Shown: positions 49,521-63,709, numbered from the stretch's first letter. The stretch: 64,000 nucleotides of DNA from Octopus sinensis (GCF_006345805.1 NC_043016.1:26164001-26228000), one strand, 5' to 3'. Notes: generated from the letters alone by a model not told the origin. Numbers and translations are program-made.

Positions 49521-50699
49521 GATGATGATGATGATACACACACACATGCACATATAAAACAGGCTTCTTTCAGTTTCCGACAACCAACTTCACTCACAAG
49601 GCATTGGTTGGCCTGGGGCTATAGAAAAAGACACCTACCCAAGGTGTCACATAGTGTGACTCATCTGGTTGCAAAGCAAACTTCTAAATTATTAGTAATT
49701 TACTAAAAAAAGAATGATAGATTAAATAGAAAATCTGACAAATTAATCCAACTCAAAGTAAAACAAAACAAATGAGTTATGCTTTTTCAAAATAATTTAT
49801 TAGCACCACCATAATTATTTTTGTTATGAGATAGTGTTTTCTTTATTCTTTCCTTTTAAATGTTTCTGTATCATAGTGCCCAGATGGCAAAAAGAAAAAT
49901 CATCACGACAACCTTTACCATTATTATTATTGTTATTACCATAATTACAATTTTTGAAAAGAATAATTAGTAGTGTTATTATTATCTGCAGAAGTAGTAG
50001 CAGCAGTAGTGGCAACAGCAGCAGCAGTAGTATTAGTTGAGATAAATTCCTGTGGAAATATGTTAAAAACAATAATTCAATTCATATGAAATTATTATTG
50101 AAGCCAAAAGCACTGGCACCAAACCAAAACCCTGCATTAGTCATGTTAATGTTTAGCATAGTTCAATGCAGTGACAATTAAATAGTTAATCGAAAAACAA
50201 TAGGCAACGTTACCTCAATGGCTAATGGCCATTTTAATTATTATGGCAAGCATATGAGATAACTTCAGACATGCTTCAGATTTATTAGACCTCATCAGAG
50301 AAGCATAGACTTCACTGTATTTGCCAAAGATGTTATGAAAGAATCACTACGTAGACATGCAATATTATATAAAAATGAATAAACAAACAGAGCATAAAAT
50401 AAATTACTAAGATCGTTTACTCAGTATCATCCACATGGAAATATAATAGTTAAGATAATGTTAATGTGATCAATACAGTGAATATTGGAAAGCAAATTAA
50501 AAATAACTATGCAGTGAAGAAAATACAACATTAGCAAATGAATAACATTATTTTAATGGTCTTGGTAAGTAGGGCTAGCAATTGTGGCATGTTTTGATAT
50601 AACACTTCACCATACTTGCTGGGAGAATCATCCAAGTCAGTCATGTAGTTCGACCCACATGTGTTCGTTTGCATATTAGTTGGCAGTTGTACTTTAGTT

Positions 50700-51880
50700 A
50701 TTTCAATCAGTTGCATTTTCTGTATTTTCTCAGATGTCTCTCTCTGTGTAATCTGTAGCCTTTCTCATCTTTTTTCCTTCTGTTGATGTTCATTTCAATG
50801 CTGTTTTTACATACCGCTGATCTGGCTACTGCAGGATATGATCAGTTACATTCTTATGCTATATGTTTCTAAATATTGAAATGTGGTGCTCCGGGATCCT
50901 GTAATCTTTATGATGCTCCACAGAAACTCTCTCTCTCTCTCTTGAGGAATACTGTCAAATTCTTTTTAAAATAAATAAAATTTATCAACAAATGCTAAGT
51001 GCTCGACTTACAAAGTCCAGACAATGGTGCCCTTGTTGATATTCTGTTTTGTGAAACTTTCTTCACAATATTATTGTTATTGTTCTCTGCCAGCTCTCAT
51101 AATTTTGCATCAACAGTAGCACAAAATTGCCATAGCAGAATTCTACAAAAAAGAAAAGCACCCACAATTGTTCTTTTGCTCTACACTTTCTAAATCTTGT
51201 CTTTTACTGGCACATTCCACTGAGTCTTTTCTCCCAACTAATTTTCTACAGAGTCTTCATATCAATTTCAGGTGTTGCTTCATCTTTTTCTTCAAACCAA
51301 GCCTTCTTTCCTGCTCTGAAGCTTCTTTTCAAATTGTGATCCAACAATTGGTTCTTTTCTATGGAGTATGTTCTTGATGCAGCTGTCTACTACATTGTTT
51401 TCTTATTTTCCCCCCACCAATCAACACCAATGTTCTTAACCAAATTCAACTTTTTTTTGTCACACTTCTCTCTGTCTCATAGACTTTCTCCTATCCTGCA
51501 TTGTTTCTGATCACATCTCTTAATACATCCCACTGTTCTTCAACATCACAGGCCAATTAGAAGGCCATTATGCATGTTTTTCAATGTCAGTTGCAACTGT
51601 GCTTTGATGTTGTCATTTTTCAATTTTTCTCTTGTATATATCTCAACCATTCTCTGGATTTTCTTCAGCCATACTTTAACAACCACTTACATAAAAAAGG
51701 AGGTGATTAGAGTAAACATCTGCTCCTTGAAAGGCTTGTAAATTGTGAAGCACTGATTTCAATTTTTAGTTCACAAACAGGTAATTAATTTCATTCTTGA
51801 TATTTCCATCTGATTATTGCCTAATTTTCTCATGTATCTGTTTGTGGATAAACTAGGTATTTCCATTGCCCATGCTATTT
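50700..51880 (-). mobile_element. Decayed LINE RT fragments
   Basis: EQMFTLI and other RT-like traces on the minus strand; many stops. Confidence 0.5.
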
Positions 51881-53329
51881 TTGTTTGAATATGATTACCC
51901 CTTTAGCATACAAATAAGGCAAACCCAGCCCCAATATTCTACCAGTTTCATGTCCAAACTGGACACATCTGGTATCTTACACTTACCTGACAATGTCACC
52001 ACTCTAAAAATGAAAATCATATAATCAAAATCCCAAAACTATGAGATAATATGGGATTAATTCAAAACAATGTGAATAAACAAGCATTTCATTTGACAGA
52101 GTAATCTCAATGCTAAAGGGTTGATAGCCTTTCTCTGTCATCAATTCTTAATTGAAGTAATCCATGTGATCCAATCACATATTCTAGTCCTCCTCTCTTC
52201 CCACTATTCTGTGAATCCATGTCACCTGTCAGCAAGTTAATGTCCTAGTCAGGTATGCCATTAAGAACATCATGGCACTGTTTACAGAACATGACTTTAC
52301 TTCATTTTCAGTTGGTGCACAGACAACAGACATCTTAGTTTTTGTATGCTTTACTTTGAATCTTGGAATTAAAATCCATTTTCAACAAGTTTTTAAAGAA
52401 TGTTCAACATTGTACACCAGTTGTTGTCATTGTCATCATTTTAATGTCTACTTTACCACGGTCCAGTCGAGAATAAGTTGAGCAGAGTTTTCTAGAACTA
52501 GATGTTTTCCCTATTGCCAGTAAATGCAAAAAAATGAAAAATCAAAAATCATATTTTAAAATAATAATAGATCACTGATGAAAATTACTCAGAGGTACTG
52601 TCTGCATGGGAAGAAATAGTTAAGATACATTTAATATATTTAATGTAGTAACCATTCAAAATCTAATTAGAAATAATTATGTTGTAAGGAATACAGCATG
52701 ATAATGATTACAGAGGCAACATATTAACCATGTAAGTATCTGATGGTCTTTATAATTGTTATACATAATTTTTAAATTAGCTCACTTTGGATACAACAAT
52801 AACAACAACAAAAATAATAACAACAATGACCATGCAAATATATGTGTGAGTGACTGTGTGTGTGTGTGTGTGTGTAGCCATACAATATAATATATCTTTA
52901 TATTACATGCACACATATATTTAGAATAGAAAAGCATAAATTTCACATAAAATTATCATGGATTTCAACAACTTATTAACTGATCTCATATATACTGTAT
53001 ATATATTACTTTGGACCTTTTATATATTATCTATTTTTATATGAATGTGTGTGTGTGTGTGTGCATAAATGGGAGAGAGAGATGAAAAACTGGGGGAGCC
53101 ACAATTTGAAGTAAAGTACTGAATAACATTTGTTGGAGTGGAGATATTTGTTTAACCAGATGATGCTACTTACAAGATTTGTGTTTCTTTCAATTTTCAA
53201 AATCATCAGAGAACCCAATGTGCATGAATATTGACAGCTTTCCTTCTTGCTGCCAGTACTGTTATGTTTATATTCCATGATGGCATTATATCTGGTCAAT
53301 TTAATGATTTTGAAACTCAAAAGAAACTA

Positions 53330-54265
53330 TTGTAACTGTAATGATAATTTGAAATTTGGGCCTCAAGTACAAGAATAATAAAATATATAATCCACAAGAT
53401 TCCAGTGAAAAAGAAAAGAACTCATAACTCACTTTTACTTAAGATTAGAGTTGTATTATCACAATCAGCAAAAACAAAACTGTCTGTTAGACAACAAAAC
53501 TGAGCAAGAATTACACATGGAAGAGAGACTGATTTTTCCAGGAATGTACCATGTTGAATGCTACATTCATATACTAAAACGTCCATGTGCTAAAAACTAT
53601 TTATTTTCTTATCCCTAACATCTTCCTGTCAACAAAAAATTAAATTCCACTGCCATAGAAATTCTTGTGCGGATCTAGAATGATCCTGTTTAACTTCTGG
53701 TGCACTCAAGTAGAACTTCATTAAGTTTGACTTGGGAAATAATTCTTTTGCATATATTCTTGTGATGAAGGTAAATTGGATTCTTCCATCAGAATGTCCA
53801 GGTGTGTCTCACTTCTTTGAACTCTATTATTCAGATTTATTTCTTGTTTTGCTGAGATTTGATCATCCACTTGAATTTCATAAATAACTTTTCCATAACA
53901 CTTTTTAAACTATACCAAGCAACCACACTAAACTTTCCTTTCTAAATTGCCACACCCATACTGGCTGTCTGGGATGGAAATATCTTTTGTATCTCTTGTA
54001 ACTGTCATTTAATTCATTTTGCATTTTTTCTACAATAATCTCCATAATTGTTTGATTTTTGCAAAGTAACGACCACAATTAAGCTTGCTGAAAATGTTTT
54101 CAGGACTAGGTAGAGGGTAAGAGTGGTCTTCTAAGGTTTCATTTAATCCAGTCAAAAAATCTGCGCTGAGGCAAATAGAATCATTTGCTTCCCTAAGCAC
54201 CACTACTGGTTGTCTTGTCCTAACAGAAACACAGCTGGGTTTGTAAGTGCCATCATCCGAGTAAA
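53330..54265 (-). mobile_element. Internally deleted Gypsy/Ty3 LTR retrotransposon remnant
   Basis: ICLSADFLTGLNETLEDHSYPLPSPENIFSKLNCGRYFAKI (RT start) joined to FHPRQPVWV..YGKVIYEIQVDD (integrase C-terminus). Confidence 0.75.
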
Positions 54266-54493
54266 CAAATATAGTTGTTCAACTCTTTAACATTCAGATT
54301 ACTCTGTCAAATGTAATGTTTATATAATCACATTATATTGAATTATGCATTATTTTGTAACCTCAAGATTCTGATGATGTGATTATCTTTAGAATGACAT
54401 TATAGGGTAAGTATGAAAAGGTTGATCTGGCCAATATCTTGGCCAACATTACCATGAACTGAACACTCTAACCTCGAGTCCATACACCTTTGC

Positions 54494-54547
<54 letters not shown>

Positions 54548-55039
54548 ATATAAGAGTCATGTGTGTGTGTGTGGATGTGCATGCATATATCATCAGCGTT
54601 ATTATTTTAGATCCAAATATCTCTGTCTGCTTGCATGGGTTAAGCAAAAACTGTTGTGGTAGATGTTTTTACCACTGGACTCGCTTCTTCCTCTTGCCAA
54701 CCCTTCCCTGTTTCCAAGCAAGGGAATATTTCCACTAATCTGCCAAATAACAAACAGTACACTGACAAAGCCTGCTTCACAGAAGACTGTAAGCAAATAA
54801 CACTGTTTACATGCATGCTGACTTTGTCTTCAATCAGCACACAAATTTCCTGACAAAGGGAACACACAAACATACAACACATACATGCTTACACTGGGTT
54901 GCAGTAAAGGTAATACAAAAAAGCGGGAGTTACATTTTTATCTAATGATATAAACTGTTCAAATTGCATGTATTGATAGAATAAATCTCCCTCTATAGAA
55001 ATTCTTTTTTTATTTGTTCTTCACAACTGGTACTCCATC

Positions 55040-55470
55040 GGTTATGCTGACAAATGTTCCAAGATCCTGGAGGGTCTTCTCCCAAACTTTGGCATTCAAA
55101 GTTACCCCAACTGCAGAACGGGGCGCCACTGCATGGTGCCAAAGATTCCAACATCACCATCAAAATACAGGTCCAGATACTGCAACAGCTTGGGTTTCAG
55201 AGGACTACAGCTCTTTAACATCCTCCCTAAATGCCTGAGAGACTTACATGGTGTGGATGTGGGTTTCTTTAAAACTAAACTGGATCTCTTCTTGTCGGGG
55301 GTCCCAGATTAACCTACCTCACGACAGAAGACACAGATGCGGGCAGCGGCATCGAACTCCCTTGTTGATCAAGTGCCACGTATCAGAGGTGGATTCACAT
55401 ACTAGTGTAGCTCATTCAGCGGTGGTGCCCCAGCATGGCCGCAGCCTTCGGGCTAAAACATTTTTAAGGA
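55040..55470 (+). mobile_element. LINE 3' end (CR1/L2/Jockey-like ORF2 C-terminus and tail)
   Basis: KILEGLLPN..RTGRHCMVP..NSLGFRGLQLFNILPKCLRDL..FKTKLDLFLSGVPD; tail ggtggtgccccagcatggccgcag. Confidence 0.8.
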
Positions 55471-55832
55471 TTTTAAGTTGATTTAAGCAATGGAACAGCC
55501 AGCTTGTGAAATTAACATGCGAGTGACTGAGCACTCCATAGACATGTGTACCCTTAATATGGTTCTCAGGGAAATTCAACATGACACAGAATGAGTCAAA
55601 GCTGGCCCTTTGAACTAAAAGTACTACATATTTTCTTATTTTTTTTCAGCTGAGTGGACTGGAGCAATGTGAAATACAATGTCTTGCTCAGGTTCTTCAA
55701 TGTAAGCAAGTAATGGGTTCCAGGCTGAAGCAACATGCTGTCATGATGAAGTTTTTGGTGAAAGAGGGATAAAGGCTGTTCAGCATTCACAGAAGGCTTT
55801 GGGCTGATTGTGCCCAAATGAATGAAGTTTAA

Positions 55833-56052
55833 CCCTTTGGCATTCAGGTTATTCTACCATATTCAATGCTTATTTATTCACATTGTTTTGAATTAATTAT
55901 ACATTATCTCGTAGTTTTGAGATTCCAATGATGTGATTGTTTATTTTTAGAATGACATATTAGAGTGGGTATGAGAGGCCTGGTCTGGTCAGTTTGAACA
56001 TAAAACAGGCCCAATATTTGGCCCTAATAGGGCCAGTTTGAATACTAAAGGG
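55833..56052 (+). mobile_element. Complete TTAA/CCCTTT MITE (piggyBac-like termini)
   Basis: TTAA|ccctttggcattc..aatactaaaggg|TAAA. Confidence 0.75.
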
Positions 56053-56084
56053 TAAAAGGTGGGTGACTAGTATCTAAAACAAAT

Positions 56085-56935
56085 CATGCAGTGGGAGATC
56101 AGCGACTGTGATATTTGATATGGAATGCCAGTAAATGGGAAAAATGATTTGCATGGACAGTTGAGTCACTGTCAGTGACCTTGCTGCACAACAGGACAAC
56201 TGTGGCCATAATACGTAACAGAAGATAGGGATAACTTTGTGTATCAGAAAGGATGTGCAAAGTGGGTTTATTGGCAGTTAACAACTGATATAGAGGTAAA
56301 AAGAGCAAAAGTCTGCACTGTCTGCAGGAAGCATTTGAAACCAATGAAGACACATTTTTTTTTACCACCAATCTGGTGACAGGGGATGAAATGTGGACAA
56401 ATTTTTGTGATCTGGAAATGAAAGCTCAGTCCATGGAATGGTGTCACACCTTTCCTGCAAAGCATAAGAACTTCATAAACCAGTGACAGGTAAGGAAAGT
56501 CATGGTGACTGTTTTGGGGGATGACAAGGACATCCATTCTTCTTGATATTCTGGAGCGTGGCTGTACAGTAGAGAGTGAGTAGAACACTTAGACAGCTTG
56601 GAGAAGCCATTAGGAAGAAAGGTCCAAATAAGAAACCTAAAACAATCCACATTCATCCTGATAATGTAATGACAACATAGATCTTTGGTAACAAATGAAG
56701 CAATCAGCAAATTGGGCTGGTTACTGGTCCCTCATCTGCCATACAGCCTGGAAATAGTGTCCTCTGACTTCCACTTTTCCATTTCAATGAAGGGCAGTCT
56801 TTGTGGACAACAATTTGATGACAAAGAAGAGATGAAAGTGTTTGTGAAAAAAAGAAAATATAAATTTTCTTTTCAAAGAAGATTAAAGAGTTGGGATCAA
56901 TGAGGGCACAAATACATCATTTTTGATGGAGTACC
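56085..56935 (+). mobile_element. Decayed mariner transposase
   Basis: LVTGDEMW..MKAQSMEW..KVMVTV and LVPHLPYSLEIVSSDFH. Confidence 0.75.
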
Positions 56936-57833
56936 TTCACATAGAGGAAGAGACACTTTACCCATGTGTAACATGTGTAATTTGAACAATCTATGTCAGT
57001 TAATATAAAAGGTATGCTCACTTAAAAACATTGCATGTTGTAGAACCTTCATATACGTGTGCACGTGTATATATACAGTTACAATATGCACACATACATA
57101 ATTAAGTATGTGCGTGTGTGTGTGCGTGTGTGTGTATATATGTATACATACATACATACATATATATATATATGCATACATATATATATATATATATATG
57201 TATATGTATATAAATTGCCAATAGTTCTAAAATCCGAAAAAGAAGCACACTCTAAAACATTAGAGTAGTAATATATTTTTTAGGAAAGTGTTTGTTATGG
57301 CTGGTCAGAGAGTGACCATTGGTTTTGCATATATAAAGCTCTTAGTTGTATAGGTGACTTGTCAGACTCAACAAAAAAAAAAAAGAAAAAAAAAGTTGCC
57401 TGTTCAGCTAAGTACTTTATAGGTCTCTGATTGACCATAACAATCAACCTTCTAAAACATATACCGATGTAAAAATACAAATATATATACATAATATATA
57501 TATATATATACACATACACACATGCATACATATCAAACAATATATTACTGATTATAGCATATAACTGATCAGAATTTTATGGTTGATTTGTGTTAATATT
57601 GCCACATGACAATATCAACAACACTTCAGACATGCTGATTGCAAAAGTGCAAGGCTTGTTATGAGTTGGAGGAACAGATGTATGCCATACAAGTAATATA
57701 TTGCTTGGCGGAAGGTATGCACTTCGAGCCAGCATATCTAAAGAGTTGTCAATACTGTCTGGAGACAATTTTCCACGTGGAAAGAAACGGTAACATTTTG
57801 ATCAGTTAGTTGTCTCATTCATGGACAACTAGC

Positions 57834-57868
<35 letters not shown>

Positions 57869-58271
57869 GACAGAAACACACAAACACATGCACGCATAAT
57901 AACACAAACATTACATATGTATAATATCTTTACACATATACAACACCATTACACAAATATTATATATATATACATAACATACTGTAAATTAAGTCAGTGC
58001 AATATTCTCAACCATGTCTTTGTAATTGTCCAGTAAGTTCTGTATCAAAAAAATAAGTATAAACACATATATTATATCATATTACACACACACACACACA
58101 CACACACATGTATTCATTATATATATAATGAATACAAGGGCATATATAAATACATATATAATCATGAAAATCACACATAAGTACATATGTGTGTAATTTG
58201 GAGAATACACTATACACACAATTACATACAATTACAGACATAATACACACACATGCATGCACATGAACACA

Positions 58272-58328
<57 letters not shown>

Positions 58329-58679
58329 CAAGCACAGTGCCTGGAAGATGGAATTAAAATTTGTTTCAAGAAAGAAAAAAAACAGGTTGTTGAGCATATC
58401 AATGCAATCCTTGTAGTGGGTTTCTGTTGAAAGATCTATTTCATCATGACTAGGTCGTTACCAGGCAGCATAGCAATGGCTAACAATTAGCAATTTCCTA
58501 TTAGACTGAATATGCTTTCATTAAGAACAATTTTGATCCATTTTATGGGTAATCGTTTTCACCTTAAGCAGTATTAGTTATTGTACAAGCATATCTATGT
58601 TATTGTCTGTGTGCATGTATTTATATGTATTTATGTACACACATCAATGATGAATTGGCTTTAGTATCTGAGACGACAA

Positions 58680-59500
58680 ACACATGAAACACAAATAAAA
58701 TCCAGCAACACATGCTTCCTTAAAATACCCCATTTTAGTGAGAGGATAACTACAGCCATCTGAAGAGCCCTAAGAAGAGAAAGGATTAGACACACAACTG
58801 GCCCCTCTCTGAGAAGACACTTAGCAAAGAAACAAGCAAGGGACAGCAATCAATGCACACTAGCTAACTTCTCCATCTGTGACACAGATTTATGCCAACG
58901 GGTAAATGTTGTATAGTGAATCCAATGTAGCAAATGCAACAATTTCTATGTGGGTAGCACAAGACCGTTATATATGCGCAACAAAGAACATCTAAACACA
59001 CAAGCCTCCTCCTTTAGAAAACATCTAGACAGTTGCCGGAACACCAACAAAACCATAACAGTTACAATTAGGGCCAATGACAGAAATTTAGGAAATTTAA
59101 GTATTAAGGAGGCTATCCTCATAGAGAGATTAGGGCCCCAAATTAACAACAGTTTGGAAATTAACAATCAATATATTATTTAACAACATCAACATCCTAC
59201 ATACATGGTTGTAATATGCTCATGTAAGAAAACATTATTTATATTTTAAAAAATGCCTTTATAACACATAACTTTGAAGCAGTGCTGCAGATATGCCAAT
59301 ACACACAAGCTCAAGACATGACCGTCCACATGCACTTCTCATGAGGAATTCTAAAAAGATCTTTGTGAGACCACTGCAGGGACGCTTCTGACAAATTTCA
59401 GTAATCGTTGGAAAACCGACTATAACAGTGACTTCATTAATTCCTAGAAATACCTAAAGAAGGAATTTTATATTTCGAAATATTATATCAGACTATGAAT
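58680..59500 (+). mobile_element. PLE 3' fragment with Penelope/Poseidon-type GIY-YIG
   Basis: VNVV**IQCSKCNNFYVGSTRPLYMRNKEH..KEAILI..PQIN; a possible degenerate hammerhead at 59335-59463. Confidence 0.75.
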
Positions 59501-59961
59501 AATTAAATTATTTCTATCAGTTATTATTGTCCACTCTGCCTTGTTGTGCCATTCCAGACACGTTACACTTCACAAACAATACACAATGCTTCCAGCAAAC
59601 TACTACTTTTATTTATTTATGTATGTATGCATGTATGTATGTATGCACGTATGTATTAATACTTCAAATAGACAAAAAAAACTAAGACAGAGACAGGAAA
59701 AATGGAAGAGTCTTTGATATTTCAAGCCTATGCTCTTTGACAGAAAGAAATGAGGAAAGAAAACATAGAATGGAAAACGTGTTTAATGAGAGAGAGAGGG
59801 GGAGAGGGAGGGAGGGAGAGAGGAAGAGAAAGAGAGAGAGAGGAAGAGAAAGAGAGTTGATGCTTTGAACTACCATGGATCCTTCTGAAAATTAGTCTGT
59901 TAATTAATTACTCAACACACTTGTATATATGGGTGTACACATATGTATATTTTATATGCAT

Positions 59962-60410
59962 GGAAGACACTATGTCTGGCAACAGGACTCTGCACCATGC
60001 CACACAAGGAAGAGAACCCAGTCATGGCTGTCAGACAATTTTTATGACCACATCACCCCTAACATCTGACCACCTAACTCCCCAGATTGCAACTCCCTTG
60101 ATTATTATGCATGAGGCACAGTTGAGTGAGAGATCTGCAAAATTCCTTGTAACACCAAAGATGAACTGAAGGCAAGAATTACGCCAGCATTCACCAACTT
60201 CAACAAGGAGACCGTCCAGAAGAGTTGCAGGAGATTCCAAAATCGTCTGGAGGTCGTGGTTGAAACCAATGGCGATTTTATTGAATAAATTTACTCTTTA
60301 GGATTGCAGGATATTTTTATGTAATTTTGGTAAATATATCTGTTAAAACGAGATGTCAGTGTTATTTTCACTTTTGCGTAATTTAGACGACAATATATTC
60401 ACCACACCCT
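59962..60410 (+). mobile_element. 3' fragment of a DD37D (maT-type) transposon
   Basis: YVWQQDSAPCH..I*PPNSPDCNSLD with 37 residues between the Asp residues; ends NGDFIE* then a caccctata terminus. Confidence 0.82.
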
Positions 60411-60420
60411 ATAAATATAT

Positions 60421-61020
60421 ATATAAATTGAGATAGGGGTTGTAAATGCAACCCTCCATGGGATAACATATATCCAATATACTGCTAGTGAAGTACCCAA
60501 CAAAGTTAATACATAAATGTTAAGAATTGCGATGCAATTAATTAATTTACTGTATTATATGGGCAAAGGTAAAATGTTTTACCACAAATTCATAATACAA
60601 AATAAGAAAATGGAGATATATATCGAAATCAAATATCAATTACCAGATAATACTCAATCACATACTTTATTAAACCACCACATAAGAAACTATAAGGTTA
60701 AACATAACAATGTAGAGCAACACAGTATACATAAAGGAGTGTACATAAAAGAGTAATGTTATACAATAAATAGAATATGTATAAGAGAATATAAATATAA
60801 GTACACATAAATATAAATATAGACTACATCTTACAGCTGTTTCGGCCATGTAGATAAGTATGTCTCATTTTACTTATATTAGCCTCTGAAGAGGCCTTAG
60901 GATATTTTTGTAAACGTCTTATTTATAACTACATATTGACCTACCATTTTCTTCTCTTCTGTTTATAGAATAAACAGAAGAGAAGAAAATAGCAGAAGAA
61001 AAAAAATGTTTATAGAATAA
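60421..61020. mobile_element. PLE pLTR-like sequence with a split hammerhead, a 20-bp hairpin and a 47-bp tandem duplication
   Basis: Homologous to 2734-3097; ggccgaaacagctgtaag on the minus strand and ctgaagaggcc on the plus strand; attttcttctcttctgttta / taaacagaagagaagaaaat. Confidence 0.55.
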
Positions 61021-61488
61021 ACAGAAGAGAAGAAAATAGCAGAAGAAAAAAAATGTCAGGAGGCGAGAGAAATGACGTCCAGCGCGATTGACGTCTTGTC
61101 TGGAGAAGATGGGAAAAGAAATGGCCTGCAGAGTGAAGACAAGAGAGAGGGTGAGGGAAAAGAAACGAAGGGAGAAGGAATGAAAGATAGTGGGGAGTGG
61201 AAGAAAGATAGGCAGGGGACAGCAGAGAAGGAGGGGAGAAACGGAAAATATAGACGATTATAAAGGGATAGAGCGAAAAAAAGAAAACAGAGTGTGGAGC
61301 CGCAGAAATTATAAATAAACATAAGAACTTACTGTGGACAAGGCTGTGCAGTATTCGATTACAAATAAATAAAAAATTCACAATAAGTACAGGACACCAC
61401 CAACAAGTGAAAAATATGTAAACACATGAGAAATAAGCACAGGGCATTTGTCAGCCCAAGGCTATAGCAGACACTTTCCCAAGGTGCC

Positions 61489-61554
61489 ATGCCCAGGACC
61501 ATGTAGTTGGGAAGCAAGCTTGTTATCTTGTTATCACACAGCCATGTCTGCACC

Positions 61555-61604
<50 letters not shown>

Positions 61605-61684
61605 TGTATATATATATATAGGTGCAGACATGGCTGTGTGATAACAAGATAACAAGCTTGCTTCCCAACTACATGGTCCTGGGC

Positions 61685-61686
<2 letters not shown>
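61489..61686. repeat. Perfect 70-bp-arm inverted duplication of a SINE A head around (TA)n
   Basis: 61489-61558 is the exact reverse complement of 61617-61686. Confidence 0.95.
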
Positions 61687-61731
<45 letters not shown>

Positions 61732-61735
<4 letters not shown>

Positions 61736-62900
61736 GTCATCCCATAAGTTCTGTCCAAATTTTCAATAAAGAAAACAAGTGATAAAATGTTATATTTAAT
61801 TGAAATTTAACCATCAGTGTACTTTCCCTGATTATCTATGACTTCCTTTCATCTATTTACAAGCTTTTTAATCCATTAATGTAAAACTCTTTTGGTCTCA
61901 AAGCGAAGAACTCTAAAATGTCAGTTTCGACCTCCTCCTAGCTTGCAAAAGTTGTCCCCCAAATGATTCTGTAAACTACAAAACAAATGGTAGTCTGTAG
62001 GAGCAAGGTCAGGAGAATAAGGTGAATGAGGAATTTTTTCCCAACCAAGCTCTTCGATCTTCTGTTATGTGATCTTTGCAGTGTGGGGTTGCGCATTATC
62101 CTGATGAAACATCACTCTTTTTCGATTCACTAAAGTGGGTCTTTTTTTCTTCAAAGCTTGGTTGAAACGCTCTAATTGCTGACAGTAGACTTGAGCATTG
62201 ATTGTTGCATTAGGTGGTAATAATTCAAAGTGAATTACTCCTTTGCAATCCCACCAGATAGAGAGAAGAATTTTTTCCCCATGAAGTTCCCTTCTCGATT
62301 GTGGTTGAGCTTTTTCCCTTTTACCAAGCCATTGTTTACAGTGCTTAACATCTCGATAGAAGATCCATTTTTCGTCACCAGTCACAAATCTATCCAAAAA
62401 GGATGAAACGAGTTCACAAGAATGGAGAGAAGAGCAGATGTCAACTCGGGATTTGCAGTTGCTTTCGGACAATTCATGAGGCACCCATTTTCCAAGTTTA
62501 GGAACCTTTCCAACTTGTTGAAGATAACGATGAACATTTGTACTTTCCAAGTTGTTGAAGATGATGATGAACAGTTGTATGGTTTGAACTACGCTTTATT
62601 GCCAATTCTTCAACTGATAATGCAAGATTTTCTTCAAGTAATGCCTCAAGGAGCTTATCATCAAACTCAACTGGACATCCTGTTTGATCTTCATCTTCAA
62701 GGCTGAAATCTCCACTTCTGAATTTTGCAAGCCATCTTCTGCAAGTTCTTTCATTCAAGCATTCTTTCCCATAAACTGAGTGTATGTTTCGAGTCGCTTT
62801 GGCTGCAGGGTTTCCTTTTTTGTACTCATTAAGCATTATGCGCCTTAAGTGCTCTTTGGATACTTCCATGTTAGAAAGGGTTTTAATCAAAGAAATTTTA
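61732..62900 (-). mobile_element. DD34D mariner transposon pseudogene, one TIR visible
   Basis: MEVSKEHLRRIML, WVPHEL, VTGDEKW, HQDNA..YSPDLAPTD (34 residues); TIR tcaggtcatcccataagttctgtcc after TA. Confidence 0.92.
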
Positions 62901-63709
62901 ATTCTATTATTCTGTAAAATAATATTTAATTAGTTTAAATGTACACAAATGCATAAAAATAATTTTAAATTCCTTTAGACATACTAAAATATTATTAAAT
63001 TTCATTCATGAAAAATAGCTCTGCAATTCTGAGCTATTTTTCATTATTTTTTCTAAAAATACTCTAGTAAACACGGTTATAAAGCGAGCATACAGATGTA
63101 AGCATTGGCAAAAACACACATTTAGTGCATATAAGTAGTCTCTATCATTATATATAATTTAAACTTTAATTTCCTTTATATTTAACATTCACTATTAATA
63201 TCCCTACTCTTTCTGTTAGCTACTTATGACGTTATATCATATAACGTTTTTTTAAACAATATTAATAGCATTCTGTCAAATCCATCATATTAATAGCATT
63301 CTGTCAAATCCATCATTTTTTGCTAAAATATCTTATTGACGAGTTTCGTTTTTTTCACTTTCCTGAAGAGAAGATTGCATTGTTTATACCATTTATTCTT
63401 TTGAATAGTATCAGTGGAATTTTCGAAACATGCGGCGAAAGTAAAAATATTTTGTTTACACCTGCGTTAAACTCCATTTATTTATTCATATATTATTCAA
63501 AATATTCCACGTAAACACGAAGTTTCTACCTTTATAAACAAGGAGTTACAACATCTTTACTTGTGAGATTTTTGCTACCCTGGTAACTATTTATTTATTT
63601 TTTCTGTGTTAATTGCTAACAAGGTAAAAATACACTCATCTATATATATATATATATATATATATAGCATTATTAAATCTCAGAATGAGATGTAAACAGT
63701 AATCGCTCG

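Noticed and set aside
60060-60125. In-frame TGA codons as possible selenocysteine, as in some Naiad PLEs
   Set aside because: They fall at Trp or probable Arg positions of a decayed maT transposase, not at Cys positions; ordinary decay.
62095-62112. CTGATGA-AAC hammerhead-like word
   Set aside because: Antisense of mariner FHQD codons; no stems.
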